Notes: a model not told the origin generated them from the letters alone. Counted from the stretch's first letter, positions 1-14,156 are shown. The stretch: 64,000 bases of DNA from Octopus sinensis (GCF_006345805.1 NC_042997.1:197346001-197410000), one strand, 5' to 3'. Made by a program: numbers and translations.

Positions 1-784
1 AAAATTTCAACACCCGTTTAATATGCCACAGACAAACCGTCTTGACCATATGTTAATAGAGTAAAAATATTGAAGCTGATCACATGTAGTGATTAGCAAA
101 CAAGCTAAATCATTTTTCAAAATCTGACAGCCCAGAAATATTTACACATGTTACTTGCATTGTAGAGTTAAAAGAACTGTTACTTTTGTCCACATCATTT
201 ACTAGATGTATGTACAATATTAAACTATACACACAATTTCAGAGTTAGTAAAACATTTAATGATTTAACAAAAACTTAAATTATTAATGAGATTTTTTTT
301 TTTGTGCTTTGAACTAAAGCAGGAAAAAAATTTCTTAGTCATATTTTTTTTTTATCAAACTTTGATTAAAACTACCTCAATTGTTGAAAAATAAATTGCA
401 GCCCAATGAGTTAATATATTTTCTTTTTTTAAGAGCTCATGATTGTAAAAGCCAGTTTTCCTAACATCAGCTGTAATATTGCTATTACAATATATTATTA
501 TTATAAATAATTACAATAAAAATTTCCTTAGAAAATAGAAATTTTAATTTATTTACATGCTTCAAAGTATATCTAAAACTCAATCTGTTATGATAATAAA
601 CATTTCGCTTGAAAAAAAAAAAAAAAAAATGAACATATAAGGAAGAAAGAGGTATGAAAGAATAAATTTGATATGATATAAAATATCGTGAATGGTCATT
701 TGTGAAGAGCAAAGGCCAGAAGGAATGTCAAATAAACTCAGTATCCAAGCAGACCTAATATCTACAAAGGAGAAGAATACTTAC

Positions 785-914
785 GAACTAGAACTGGAAC
801 GAGATTGCGATCTTGAAGAACTTGAGCTTAGAGAACGTGACCAGCTTCCTTTTCTTTTCTTTTTATCAGATTTTGGACACGTTTCTTCAGCCCGATCTTT
901 TCTTTTCTTTTCGT
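785..914 (-). CDS. Exon of the host gene, Lys-rich then Ser/Arg-rich: (D)EKKRKDRAEETCPKSDKKKRKGSWSRSLSSSSSRSQSRSSSS
   Basis: Minus-strand acceptor tttttatttcttAG and donor GTAAGT; open frame. Phase 1 start matches the phase 1 end of exon 9772-10203. The in-frame TAA overlapping the donor could instead be the stop. Confidence 0.8.
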
Positions 915-2329
915 CTAAGAAATAAAAATAAACAAGTTTCCATCAACTTCTGGAAAGTCATAAGGTTAGGAAAACAAAAACTTTGTCATATTTTCTAACC
1001 AAGTAGCAAAAGAAAAAAATTAAAAGTTTTGGAGCATAAACCTTATAAATAAAATTTTAAATGTTATGGTATAAACAATACTGGCATATGTGCATCATTC
1101 ATCTACAAAGATAAAATCTATTCTGAGACCCTAATATAAAAACCATCTAAGTTACAATGATTTTCAGGCAACTTGTGTACATTTTGGGATTCTGTAGGTC
1201 TTTAATTCTACTGCCAACAGAATCAACAATAAATGTAAATATAATGTAAACACATACACCAATAAACATATTCATATACACAAATTTCTAATTAATTGTA
1301 GAGCACTGTCAGCAAATAAATGCCTTCAACAGACAAATTAAAATGAAATGTAGCATGAGGGTCATATATATCTGGATAAAAATTTGCGACCTGGGTAGTC
1401 TTTTAGATCACATGGACAATTCATCTGACAAGCATTCATACTGTTTCTGTTAACCCGATTTCAAATTCAAGAATTTGGTTGACATGGGACAACAGCAAAA
1501 GATATTAGCTCAAGATGCTACACAGGGAAATTGAAAGATTTTGATAGCAAAATTAATTTCTTAATCACACTTGCATATTTATATGCAGACCCAAAACAAA
1601 TGTGTGTGTAAATAATGGAAAAAACTCATGGATGTGTAATGTTAGCCAGCACAAAAGAACTGGAAGTAAAAAACTTACTGTAAAAGGAATAAGCTATGGC
1701 ATGCAAAATAGAAACCTGCACTAGTTACGTGTATGAAGGAGGGCAATGGGGTACACAGGTGCAAGCAATCAAATATGAAAAGATCCTATGAAAGAACTTC
1801 ATGAACTGTTTCATTTTTTTGCTTACATAAGCATAACCAGTAATGTCTTGCATGTGTCAGATAATATTCAATGAGGCAGATTTTCTATAGCCTGATGCTC
1901 TTATCACCACCTCTCACCTCTTTCCAAGCAAGGTTGCTCCTAATCTTTTGACCACAAGCAGCACAATGCCCAGGATTGTGTCCATGAAAGATTGCAAATA
2001 AATGAGACCACTTGTATGATGGTTATATTCACTTAATGTCAAAGCAAGGAAATATGAACACACAGAGGTGAATATGATGGGCTTCTTTCAGTTTCTATCT
2101 CCCAAATCTACACATAAGGATTTGGTTGGCCCAGCTACAAAAGACACCATGCAGTGGGACAGAATCCAAGACCACATGATTGCAAAGCACACTTCTTAAC
2201 CATGTAGCTATGCATGCACCTCTATAAATACGTATATAATGCTGGGGGAAAGAAAATAAAAAAGAAAGGAGAGGAAGAGAAAAGAGATGCAATGCAGTTT
2301 GGTCTTGTGCCAAGAAGGACTATTACTGA

Positions 2330-3440
2330 TGCCATCTTCCTATCGAGACAACTTCAGAAGTATCTCACTGGTAATAAATCTCCATAACTAGCATTTGTTT
2401 ACCTAGAAAAGGTCTTTGACTGGACTTCTCATTGTGATCTGGTGGTCACTAAAGAAGTTTGGAGTAGATAAACGGATTGTCAGAGTTGTAGAAGCCATAT
2501 ACAGAAGCATTGTCAGCAGGGTGAGAGTAACATGTATGGTGAGGGTCCAACAGGACTCAGTCCTCAGATCCCTTCTGTTTCGTTTAGTCTTCCAAACCAC
2601 ATCAGACTTTGAGACTGACTACTTATGGGAGTTCCCTTATGTTGAAAACTTAGTTCTTATAGCTATAGCTGAATTCTAGACAGGAAAACAAAACTTAAAA
2701 TTGAGAGGCCTCCAAGTGAGTTTAAAAATGACTAAGCTATAAAGAGGAAGGAAGACTGGACCAGACTACCTTCAGGAAAATGGCCATGTTTGATATTTAG
2801 AAAAGGAGTATGTAGGAATTTCATATGATGCCCCCAGTATAAACTATGGATGCAAAAGAGGATCAGTGGGATTCATAAGCAGACTAACAGAGAAGGTAAA
2901 CTTCACATGTGGCAGGTACACAGGGTCAGTAAGTACTTAGAGCACATGTGAAATAGTCTCCCTTCAATGCCCATTGCAGCTCTACGAGTAGTTGATAGCT
3001 TCTATTAGTTAGGGAACCTAATTAGCAGCAGGGTGGGTGTTCAGAAAGCATAGTAAGCAGAATAAGGACTGATTGGAAAATGGTTAGGAAGCTATTGTCT
3101 CTGCTGGCAACAAAGGGCTTTTCCTTCAGAGATAAAGAGACTGAATGCTGCCTGCTTGTGAAGCTCGATGCTACATGGTTATAAGAGGCCCAGGAACACA
3201 TGATTAGCAAAGTCTAAAAAAGGAATGGAACAAATGTGTTCTGATGAATGTGTAATACTGGAGTGCACATACAATCAAGCACAAATAAATCAAAAGAAGA
3301 ACTGAACACAAAAGGAGTCAAATACAATGCAAGAGAGATGATTTAATATGGACATGTGATGCACACGAAGGACAGCTGTATAAATGCTGCATGCTCAACA
3401 TAACTGGAACCTGTGGAACCATGCCTATATCAAACAAGCT
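2330..3440 (+). mobile_element. Highly decayed RT-region fragment of the same RTE/RTEX-type family
   Basis: Remnants DAIFL..Q, AFVYLEKVFD, VIWWSLKKFGVD, VQQDSVL, WEFPY.ENLVLIA, CGRYTG, SFY*LG, with many frameshifts. Confidence 0.7.
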
Positions 3441-6400
3441 TTGGATCTTTTCACTTTGACCGACAGAGGGAAATTAAAACTGCATATGTTGTGAACTTAC
3501 AATAGGAGTTTATTAATAAAAGTTGAATAACGATAATCTTTTATTCATACGAACGTAACTGATATGAAATATGTCATAAATAACAGTGAAAAATTGATAT
3601 GACACCACCAGAAAATGTTGTTGACAAAATACGACAGAAATTGTATTCACCTCAATAGACGTCAGTGATTGGTTGAAATTGCCGAAATGCAAGAAATTAA
3701 ACAACAAATAGCTTACAAACTACAGAATTTTCTCAAGAAAGCCAAGAGAAAAAGATGTTTTATGTAACACACTACCAGTATACGAAGTTTAAGTGTTTAG
3801 TTACAAAGAAATTATTTTTAAAATATGCCGGTCAAAGTTAAAAATTCCCAAGCTTTTTCCTTCATACCCTTACTTTCATCTTTCCACTTCTCAATCCTAA
3901 TGCACTATGCCACCAGTGAGACAAAGGATGGCAGTGAATGCCTTGTATTCACCTATATTGCTTCCAGTGTAACAAGATGCCACTGGATATATATCTAACA
4001 CCCACATCAACACTCCACCTGCCTCCCCTTTCTCATCTTCACCATTCTAGTATTTTAACCATCTTGAGACATATACATAACAAGCCTAATCCAATATACA
4101 TGTAATCCATACACTATCTATACTCCCTCGCTGGTCATTTGGTATCAATGTCTATCACTTACTCTGACAGGTATGTAGAGATTGGGCTAAAAATGGAATG
4201 TGTGAGCATTTGAGTCCAACCCTGACTCAAACAAACAACTTATCAAACTTGTACCAACACGGAAAATGAATGGATAGTAATGAAGATTATATTTTGCTGC
4301 TGCCATGAGTTGTGTAGGTTTTTTTTTTTTCTCTGAGGCAGCATCTTACAGCCAGAGATTCTTCCTATCTTCAATTGCTTGCAGCTACTTTGCAGGACAT
4401 ACAGGAAAGCAGTGCACCTATTCTAAAAGCAGAATTCAAACATACATCATCCTTACTGAAATAGTTTCTAAATAAATTCAAAGAAATCCTATTAGCCCTC
4501 TTGTTACCATATTTATTTTGAGATGCTCTGGGTTTCTTTCAATTAATTTTAAATATAACAAAGAGTTTAGTAAAATAACTGAGTCATCATAAAGCTATTG
4601 TTAGTAACATAAATTGTGACTACGGTTTGGTGCAAGATTTTAATTCAAAACTTATGGAAACAAAACATTTGTGCTACAGAGCCAGAGGTGGTTTCAGCCA
4701 GGTTGGTATAGAAAGGGTTAAGAACATTATCAATTTTTCACAACCATTATCATTTTGACTAAGACATCAATTTTAACAACTTCTGCATTTTATGAGAATA
4801 ATATCAATTGAATGAAAGCAAACCACAACTGAATTTTGGATATGAAACATGCTGATTAATAAAGTGAGAGTCATTTTACATAGAGCTAACATATATCTAA
4901 AAGGGAAAAAAATGCTTTAACAATTCAGCAATCGGAAAGATATTGTTGCAATTTTCAGAGAATGTTATGAAAGCTATCTTCTGTAGAAATCAATTATTTC
5001 CATTGATCTGCAGCAACTCTAACCAGAATTAGGGCTGCAATCGTGACTGATGAGTCAGTTGAATGATTAGATCTAAAATATATACTATTGATACAATAAT
5101 TACACAGAGACCAAAGCAATTTATTCAAACATGTGGATACCTAAACTGTAACATTACAATAATTTAATGAACAGACAGTTTTTTTTTCTTCATTATACTA
5201 AATACCATTAATGAAACTATTTCGTAACAATCTCAACTGTAGACAACTTGTATTTTTTTTTAAATGAAATTACGACTGGTATCTAACACTCAGAATAATT
5301 TTGCTAAAATACGTATTCTGGTAGCAATAAAATAGTCTTCCTTTGCCCCCCAAAAATTACTTATGCATCATGAATCTTTTTATTTAGTCATGTTATAAAA
5401 AAAAATAATGAAGGGAAGTAACCAGGCAACGATGACAATTTAAAAAAGGAGAGGTCATCCAAAACTTCATATTTTTTTTATTATATATTTTAACTTTTTG
5501 TAGCTGTTTCACTATACTGCTAACATTGCTTTCTCTTCTTCCTCAGACTAACATTTTTTTTTTTAAATCATTACAAAGCTTCTTACAGCAAGTAGGCTTT
5601 TTTTTTATAAATTGTTAGTAAATTCCAGGATTTTTAATGAAATGTTACGAAGGAACAACTCTGAATACTTTGTTATGTTGGTTCAACTCGACATGAGTTA
5701 AATACCAACTGACAATGACAAACTATAAACAATAGGATATTTAACAAATTACATGTTCATACCATAAGTAAAACTTTGAAAATTATAAAACTACTTCATA
5801 TAAATAATCTTAAACTGACAAGTCAGGCAGCATTTACCAAACATGGAGATTTTATTTCACACTTGATTCAAGAGAACACCCACAAAACAAACGGATCATC
5901 TTGATAAGAAGCAAGAAAACTTCAATGTTCTGGATATACTCTTGGACATTTAGCATTCTGATTACTCTGTCAAATGTAATGCTTGTTTATTCACATCGTT
6001 TTTCAATTAATCATATATTATCTCATAGCTTTGAGATTTCAATGATGTGATTCTATATTTCTAGAATGACATTGTAGGCTTGGTGTAAGAGATTGGATCT
6101 GGTTGATTTGAACGAAAAACAGGTAAAATACTTGTACTGGATATGGCCAGTTTAAATGCTAAAAGGGTAAACAGTGTGTATAATTCTAAATCCAGTTAGC
6201 ATGTGTACCTAGAAATCTCTGGGCCTAAACAAAGGAGTATCAAATTAAATTAAACACCATGAATGAATTTATTTAATTGAATCATACAACCCCTGGACTG
6301 AATTTTAGATAGTGAAATCCACGAACTAAAAAAGAAATTATTAGTCATATCACACAAAGCTGACATATGCCTCAAGGTAAAAATGTTTAAAATTCTAGCA

Positions 6401-7930
6401 TTTTGCTAAACATTCAGTTTTTACAAAGACTGGTTTCTGTGAAATTATTTTCTATTCCATTGATTTGTAATATCTTCCTTCAATTAATGTAATTCTCTTA
6501 ATCATCAGAAGTTGGAATTGCAATCATTCACTAAAGAGCCATATGGTTAATTAGACCATATTTGTATAAATATTGTACATATCTCAATATACCCACTTCA
6601 CTGTTAAATGTACAAGTGCCTGTTTTTCCTGACTTATGGATTCTTAGATGACAAAATTACTTTGAAGTCAAAAATTCCATACAAGTACAGTTTACTTCTA
6701 AGTCAAAAGAAAGAAAAATTGATGAAAAACTTGATGATGCAACAACCACTATGACCTCAGCCAACTTTTATTTTTTGTTCCCAGCTGTTTAGCATGTCTT
6801 CAATGCCATCAATAATGGACAGAATACTCAACTGAGTCAGGGAGTGAAATTTAAATTCACAGATATAAGAAACAGCCAACAATGACTTCATGACTTCAAC
6901 TTATAGTTTCCCCAACAGATTATAATTGTGTAATGAGTGACATTGTTTTTTTTTCTTAAAATTAATGCTAATTTTCTATTTCATAATCTGGACTGGTTTT
7001 AGTTCAAATCAACCAATGTAACTCTTGTTTTGATAGTAACCTCACTTGTGTTAGCATTTTCCAAGATACACACCTTATCGAGAACAGCTAAAGAAATAAT
7101 TCAAAATAGTTAACTCCCAGCCAGGAAAATCAGTTTTGCATTGCGAGTCCAGTTTTAAATTTTGTCATTAAGTCAAATTTAAAGGGAAAAAAATAACTGA
7201 GGGGAAGTAACTACGTAACAGTGACAATTTATATCGAAAAGGTCATCCAAACTATATTTTTTGTATCTTTATCCAGTTCTCTATACACTGTAGTTTTAGC
7301 TGATTTGAAGAACCTAAACAACTACTTTGTCTCTTTCTTCAGATGAGTGAAATAAAAAGAATGAAAAATATCAGCATTGTATGGCTTCACACAGAAAGAG
7401 AGATTTTTATTTTGATCATCAGGAATTTCAAATGAAATGTTGCAAAAAGAACAGCTCTGAATACTTTGCAATGTTACTAAAACTCCAGATGTTGCTTTTC
7501 AATTTTATTACTTTAATTTGACAAATACTAGCAAAAAAAGTCAAGACCATCAAGCTAAATCAAAAGATACACACAATAAAATATTTACACGAAAACTAAA
7601 AATTTTTTTTAATTATAAAACTACTTGATGTAAATGTACTCAAATATAAGAAACTACCTGACAGGAGTAGTCAGGTAGTATTTCTCAAAACTTGAGATTT
7701 TATTTTACACACCTGACTCAAGATAATACCCACAAAGTGAACAGTTCATCTTGATAAGAGGCAAGAAGAAGCTTCAATGTTCAGGGCAAACTCTTAAAAA
7801 GTGTGTAAATAGCAAATCCATAAACGTGAGGGTATAATATAGTAAACAACAAACTAAAGTTGAAAATGATGCTGGAAAATCCTGGCCCTCACCAACAGGT
7901 ATCCTAGTTGCAAAATACTTTTAGCTTAAC

Positions 7931-8185
7931 CAGTGGTTCTCAACAAGGGTCCCTATGACCCTTGGGGGTTCACATTAGATTTTGTTGCTGAAGTTTATGT
8001 GCAATAAACTGATTATATTTCTACAATACACAATATTTTTTATTATTTTTTTATACATAATAATATTTAATTATAAAAATACTTAAGATTCTTTTTAAAT
8101 ATTGAATGGCTATGGAGGGGGGTCCAATAAAGCAAAACAGAAATCAAAGGGGTCTAATAGGAAAAAAATGGTTAGGAAATTGGGT
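7931..8185. mobile_element. Old hAT-type MITE; related fragment at ~24263-24360
   Basis: Starts CAGTGGTTCTCAAC; degenerate opposite end; TSD unclear. Confidence 0.55.
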
Positions 8186-9771
8186 TTAAACTGCTAGGTA
8201 CATGTACAAAAGATGGTGGCAAATTCAGTGTAGCTTTCAACCAGGAGCAGTCGTCAATCAAGTGTATCCAACTTTCCTCAGGCATTTCAACCCTATAGCA
8301 CATCCTCAGCAGTAATGACTAGTCATAGTCCATCTTCTGGTTTCCAGCATAATCCCTGCAGCTTGTTAAAAAGCCAGCAGCATGTCTGCTATTCTACCTG
8401 TCCCAGTTATCTTCCTCTCCCTTCTTGCCACCCCCAGGGCAGTCAGCATCTTCCATGCCAAATGTACCAAGAAACTCCTGGGAAAAGTCAAACCTGCCAA
8501 ACTTCTCCCACCCGCAAAGAATGAGAAGAAGACTGTAAATATTTAAAAAATTCATATCTCTTCTAATTTCTGCATTGTCACTAGATGAAACAGAAGCAAT
8601 AATCACATGCTGTCAAATGTTGGAATCACAGCCAGTATATTGTGTTTTTTTTTTTGCTAAGTCATCATTGAAAAGTATTTTATGTATATAACCAAATAAA
8701 ACAAGCTTTCAACTGGCCTATAAAATACATGAACTTGATAATTTACTTCAAGTGTACATGATACATACAATAACATGTCACTAATTTGTAATGAATTGAG
8801 GCTTTTCTAAAGCCATCATAAAACGCATTGAATTGCAGTACTTTGCTACACAGGATCTACTAAAGGAAAAATATTTTTAATATCAAAATAATAATAAGTG
8901 ATGCACAGGTCCTGCAGTTCCCTAGCCTGGACAGTTTTATCTCTGAATGGTCCCTAATGCAACATTTCAAATTAAATTCAATGATAAATCTATTTAACAT
9001 GACAGCCTTGCAAAAAAATGACGTTCCAGCAATGGTTCTTTATGCAGGCAGCAGATCAAACTGGCAATACACACACACACACTATTTATAGCTTCTTTCT
9101 AAACTTATAAAAAATTCCACAATGGATACAATTCTATCCTATTGACCAAATGTAGACAATAAAGTGACAATTAGATGCTCAAACAAAATGCAAATATTTA
9201 CATTTGTGAAAAATATTCCAGTCATACAAGACCTGATAAACGCATATTTAAAATTAAAACATATACTATGCAATATGTACTTTCACCATCATCCACTTTT
9301 CCATGCTCATATGGATCAGATAGAATTTGTCAAGATGGATTTTCTTCAGCCCTTCCAGTTGCCAAGCCACCCGTTTCCAAGGTATTATTTCCCCCATGAC
9401 CAGATATGTTTTCAGATAAAACTGGAAATGAAGGACACTGCTAGCATAACACAAAGTCAAAATAAGGAGACACTAACACATGCACACACACACACATCAG
9501 GGTTCTTTCAGTTTCTGTCAACCAAATCCTCTGAAAAGACTTGTTCGGCCCAGGGCTATAGAAAACACTTGTGCAAAGTACCACACAGTGGGACTGAACC
9601 TGGAATTAAGTAGTTGAGAAGCAAACTTCTTATCATACAGCCATGCCGGCACCTAACCACACTTAAGCCTTCACTATAAACATATGCATTTTTTTTTATA
9701 TATACCATTTCTTTTTTTTTTTTTTCTTTCCTTTACCCACACATCTAAGGTAAATTATTGAAATCACTTAC

Positions 9772-10203
9772 CTATATTTTTGTCGTCCACTTCCTTTTTG
9801 GTCTGTTCAGAAATGATTTCTTTATTTTCAACTTCTTTTTCTACTACATTATTTTCATTACCAATTACTTTCCCTTTCTTCTTAGCCATTTTGTTATTAC
9901 TATTGTTATTGTTATTATTATTGTTGTTGTTGTTATTAGTGGTGGTGGTAGTGGTGGTGGTGCTGTTATTATTGTTGTTGTTGCTGCTGTTATTGTTGTT
10001 GTTATTACTATTAGGTAAACTAACAGAACTAGACTGTTCTTTAATTTTAGACTCGACAGGAGAAAGTTTTTCTTCAACAGTAGTTTGTTGTATATCTCTA
10101 TCTACTAAAACTTCTTTTACTCTATCAGTATTCTCACTCGATTCCTGGGAACTTTCATCAAAAGACTGTTCACTTTCGCGTTGTTTTCGCCGTAGTTCTT
10201 CCT
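9772..10203 (-). CDS. 432-nt exon: EEELRRKQRESEQSFDE...poly-Asn/poly-Thr...MAKKKGKV...EVDDKNI
   Basis: Acceptor ctttgctttgcAG, donor GTAAGT, phase 1 to 1, no stop in 143 codons. Joins in frame to exons 18605-18710 and 785-914. Confidence 0.85.
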
Positions 10204-12870
10204 CTGCAAAGCAAAGATGTTCAAAATAAATTAGCTGCTACAAAATTAAAAATCAATAATGAAAATAGTCTACAAACAAGCAACGTGTATAATTAACTAA
10301 AAAAAAAGAAAAATCTATAAATTGTGAGTAAAAACAACGAAAATAGAATATTCAAAAACGCTGAAAATACATCGCAAATTGCACCAGAACAGATTTTATT
10401 AATACAAGATAAACTCGAAATTTTTCTATAAAATCTATAGAATTTTTTTTTTCTTTTTCGTCCAAATCAGACATTTATCTTTCGAGTTAACAGCAATAAC
10501 TTAATGACAAATGCATAATTAAAAATACAATCAACACAAACTCTGTTTTATCTGACATATTAAGAAGGAACGTTCACATGGGTCTGGACCAACTAAGAGT
10601 TTGTTTAATCACTAATCCAATTTTTCAGCTTTATTAGTTCAAAGGAAAAGGGGGAAAAATGCATCCGGTTTTCTTATTTTTTTTATTTTTAAGAATGAAA
10701 TTTATGAAATGCAAAAAAATTATATATATATCTATATAATTAATATATAACGTACTGTTAAGTGGGGATAGAATTGCGTCCATCCGATTTTAATTAGATA
10801 TAACATAATACCAAAAACAAGAACGTGTTGTGTGTGTGTGTGATAAAGTATGGTTGAATAAAAACTGGCGGAAAATAACGATGGTTTCGGGTTAAAACGA
10901 GAAAAAAGTTGGTGAAAAACGAATTAGCAGCAATTTACGAAGCAGGACACATGAATATACATACATGTGTATGTGTGCGTGCAAGTGTGTGAATATTTAT
11001 ATATATATTTATGTGTATATACATACATACACATATACACACACAGCCAGATCCGCCATATCTGGTGGATGGTGATAAGCAGGACCAAAGAGTAAGAAAA
11101 ACCAGCAAAGATACCAATTGATCGAATCATGGGGGGAAAAAAAAAGAAGTGAATCGTTTATTGAATAAAAGAGAAATTTCCATTCGTAAACACCCAACAA
11201 AACCTGCAATTATACACACACACACACATATATATATATACATCAGTGAATGTATATATACATATATGTGTGTGTGTGTATATATATGTGTGTGTGTGTG
11301 AGTGTATATATATGTGTGTATTTATGTGTGTGTGTATATATGTGTGTGTGTATATATGTGTGTGTATATATATGGTGTGTGTGTATATATATATATATAT
11401 GTGTATATATATGTGTGTATATATGTGTGTGTATGTATATATATGTGTATGTATATATATGTGTGTGTGTATATATATATGTGTGTGTGTGTGTATATAT
11501 GTGTGTGTGTGTGTATATATATATATGTGTGTGTGTGTACATATATGTGTGTGTGTACATATATGTGTGTGTGTATATATATGTGTGTGTGTGTAACTTT
11601 ATTAATTACATGGCTAAAGGAACGGCCTTCCCCGCTTCTGGCACTGAGCGAAATTTATACAAAGGTTAGATAGAACAAAGCAATTTATCATCCTTTTACA
11701 TGATAGATATTGCTTTGCAAAGAAAGCGCAGGGAGTAGACAATGGGAAAATAAAAGATTTGTTCTAGATATAAGAGGAGAAAATAAGGAGAAAGAAAGGC
11801 TTAACAAAAAAAATTTTGAGAGAGACACAGAGAGAGAGAAAGAGAGATGGATGGAAAAAACGGACAAATATGAAGCGATAAGCATTCGAAGCCATCCATC
11901 CCGACATGGAAAAATATTATTTAAGTAGAAATAATGTTTGAGTGAAAATAAAAGCGAAGACATTCCGTCGTCGTGTTGTGGAGAAAAATCCTTTTTTTTT
12001 TGTGAAGAAGAAGATCTAAGGTGGGAAAAATGTAGGAAAAGATTTAGTGATGATGAGAAGAGGGGAGAGAGAGAGACGACTCTGTGTGGTTATTGAAAAG
12101 GAAAGAGTGAAAGGAGAGAGATATATGGAATGAATATAAAAAGCAGTCGTTTCACACCACACACCACCACAGAGAGATTATTATATATTTGTAACAAGGA
12201 AGGAGGTGGCGGCGACCTTGCTTGCAAAAATGAGGACAAAAGATTTTGCAAAAGATGTTTAAAAAGGGAGGAAAAACGGCGGAATAAATGAATCGGATTC
12301 GTTCTGCTTTCCTCTCGTTTAAACTACAAATGCTTAGATTTACACTTTGGCAGAAATATCCATCCGTGTAATCGATGCTATTCTGCTAAAAAAAGGCCAC
12401 CGAAATCTCTCGATTTTTTCCTCTCCTCTCCTCTCTCTTCTCTTCTGAAATTATATATCGGCCATTTGTATATATACAGAATAGCAAAAATGTGGCAGAA
12501 TTCTCTTTCCCAGCGACGAACCGACCAAACGGGGCAAACAATCTAACCCGCGACCGATTCGCTGGGTTCCTTTCAACCTTTGCTTCGTGTACCGAATGCA
12601 GAAATATAACAGAAACAGACATTATTTTTCCGAGTAGAGTAAATGAGAAATACGTCTAATACTTACATCCGTTTCCTCCGAATGAGGAAGGCGAAACGCA
12701 GCAAGGTCATATGTTCGTTAAATACATTCTGGCATTCTACTCATTCTACTGCACTAGGATTAGCAAACCGATTGACAGAATGTAGTTCGGTTGAACTCAG
12801 ATTATAACTTTCGCTTTGTTAAACATTTACTAATTTTTTTTTTTTATTATTATTACTATCATTATTATTA
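10200..12870. promoter_or_regulatory. CpG-rich, largely transposon-free segment; probable internal or alternative promoter with non-coding first exon(s)
   Basis: Many CG dinucleotides and GA-rich tracts compared with the CpG-poor flanks. Minus-strand donor (cggat|GTAAGT) near 12668 and acceptor (aattgcAG) near 11205. Confidence 0.55.
11210..11596. repeat. Compound (TA)n/(TG)n microsatellite
   Basis: Directly visible. Confidence 0.98.
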
Positions 12871-14156
12871 TTTTTATTATTCTTACGGTGATAATTTAAA
12901 ATTAACGACTAAAAAAAAATAAACTACTTTTAAATTGGCATTTTCTTTCACATTTACTGTGGCGATAGAGAATGAAATTTAAAACTATTTTTTTTCTTAC
13001 AAATTTTATTTTACAAACTTAGGGGTTCAATTAAAACTGATAATATTTTACAATAAAAATTATAAAATAATTATGAAACAAAATAGTGCAAAATATTATT
13101 CTAAAAATAATATTTCTGATAAGTATGCAAACCTATGTGTATGTGTGTGTGTGTAAAACATTTTAGTAAAGTGTTGTTTTCATTTAGTTAAAAAACCTTG
13201 GATATTTGCCACCAGAACATAAAATAACTAAACAAAACAAAATTACATATATTTATTCAGTATGAAATTCCTAACATAATGAAAGACAGACATATTATCC
13301 TCATAATCATATGGTTGGAAACAGAAGAAATTAAGAAAACTGGGAATATTCTGTCACCAAAAACGAATCTAATCCAGATGGTGCAATGTTAACATATAAT
13401 AAGGAGAGAAACAGTGCCACCTTAAGACATCGGCACACTGGGCAGTTACTAGAGGGCCCTCACTGGTAACAGGGCAATTACTGGGGGGCCGTCGCGGGTA
13501 ACTGACCTATGTATGCTGTGGTTTGCTGTTGAACAAATAAATATTCTTTTCTACTCTAAGCACAAGGCACGAAATTTTGAGGGAGGGGGCAGTCGATTAG
13601 ATTGACCCCAGTATGCAACTGGTACTTAATTTATCGACCCCGAAAGGATGAAAGGCAAAGTTGACCTCGGCGGAGTTTGAACTCAGAACGTAAAGGCAGA
13701 CGAAATACCACTAAGGTTTTCGTGCGGCATGCAAACGTTTCTGCCAGCTCGTCGCCTTTGAATAAATAAATATTTTAGGGTCCAGTGCATAGCTTTGCCC
13801 AAAAGTCTATAATGCGCAAAGATGACCCTGGAGAGAGAAGTCTAATATTTTGGGCAGAATTCATTCTTCAGAGAAACAAAAGATGCTGTTTCATTTCTCT
13901 CTGCCAGAAATGGTAAACTTTTCTTCCTTACAGCATAAAATTTATTCCACTGCTTAAATCTCATTCGTATCTCATAAAACTGTTTTTATGTTGCTATTTT
14001 AATCAGTATCGTTTGCTTGACTTCAGTCAGGATTCCACAGTTTTACATACTAAAAATACAAACAGTTACCATCTCTCCAGTTCAAGAGACCACTCAACAA
14101 TGATCACAACGGGCCTACAGATCACAACCAGCAAGAAAGTTCCTCCACTTTGGTAA

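Noticed and set aside
8240-8606. GC-richer patch with several 60-70 aa ORFs
   Set aside because: No recognisable motif or consistent splice phase; probably a very old LINE remnant.
10935-11117. Signal-peptide-like ORF MVSLLVFLTLWSCLSPS..
   Set aside because: Starts at a non-ATG codon, runs into a microsatellite, and has no in-frame link to the host exons.
11243-11673. Long ORFs such as MYTHTYMY.. and VCVYIY.. (also 49391-50159)
   Set aside because: They are translations of TA/TG/CA microsatellites, which lack stops in several frames.
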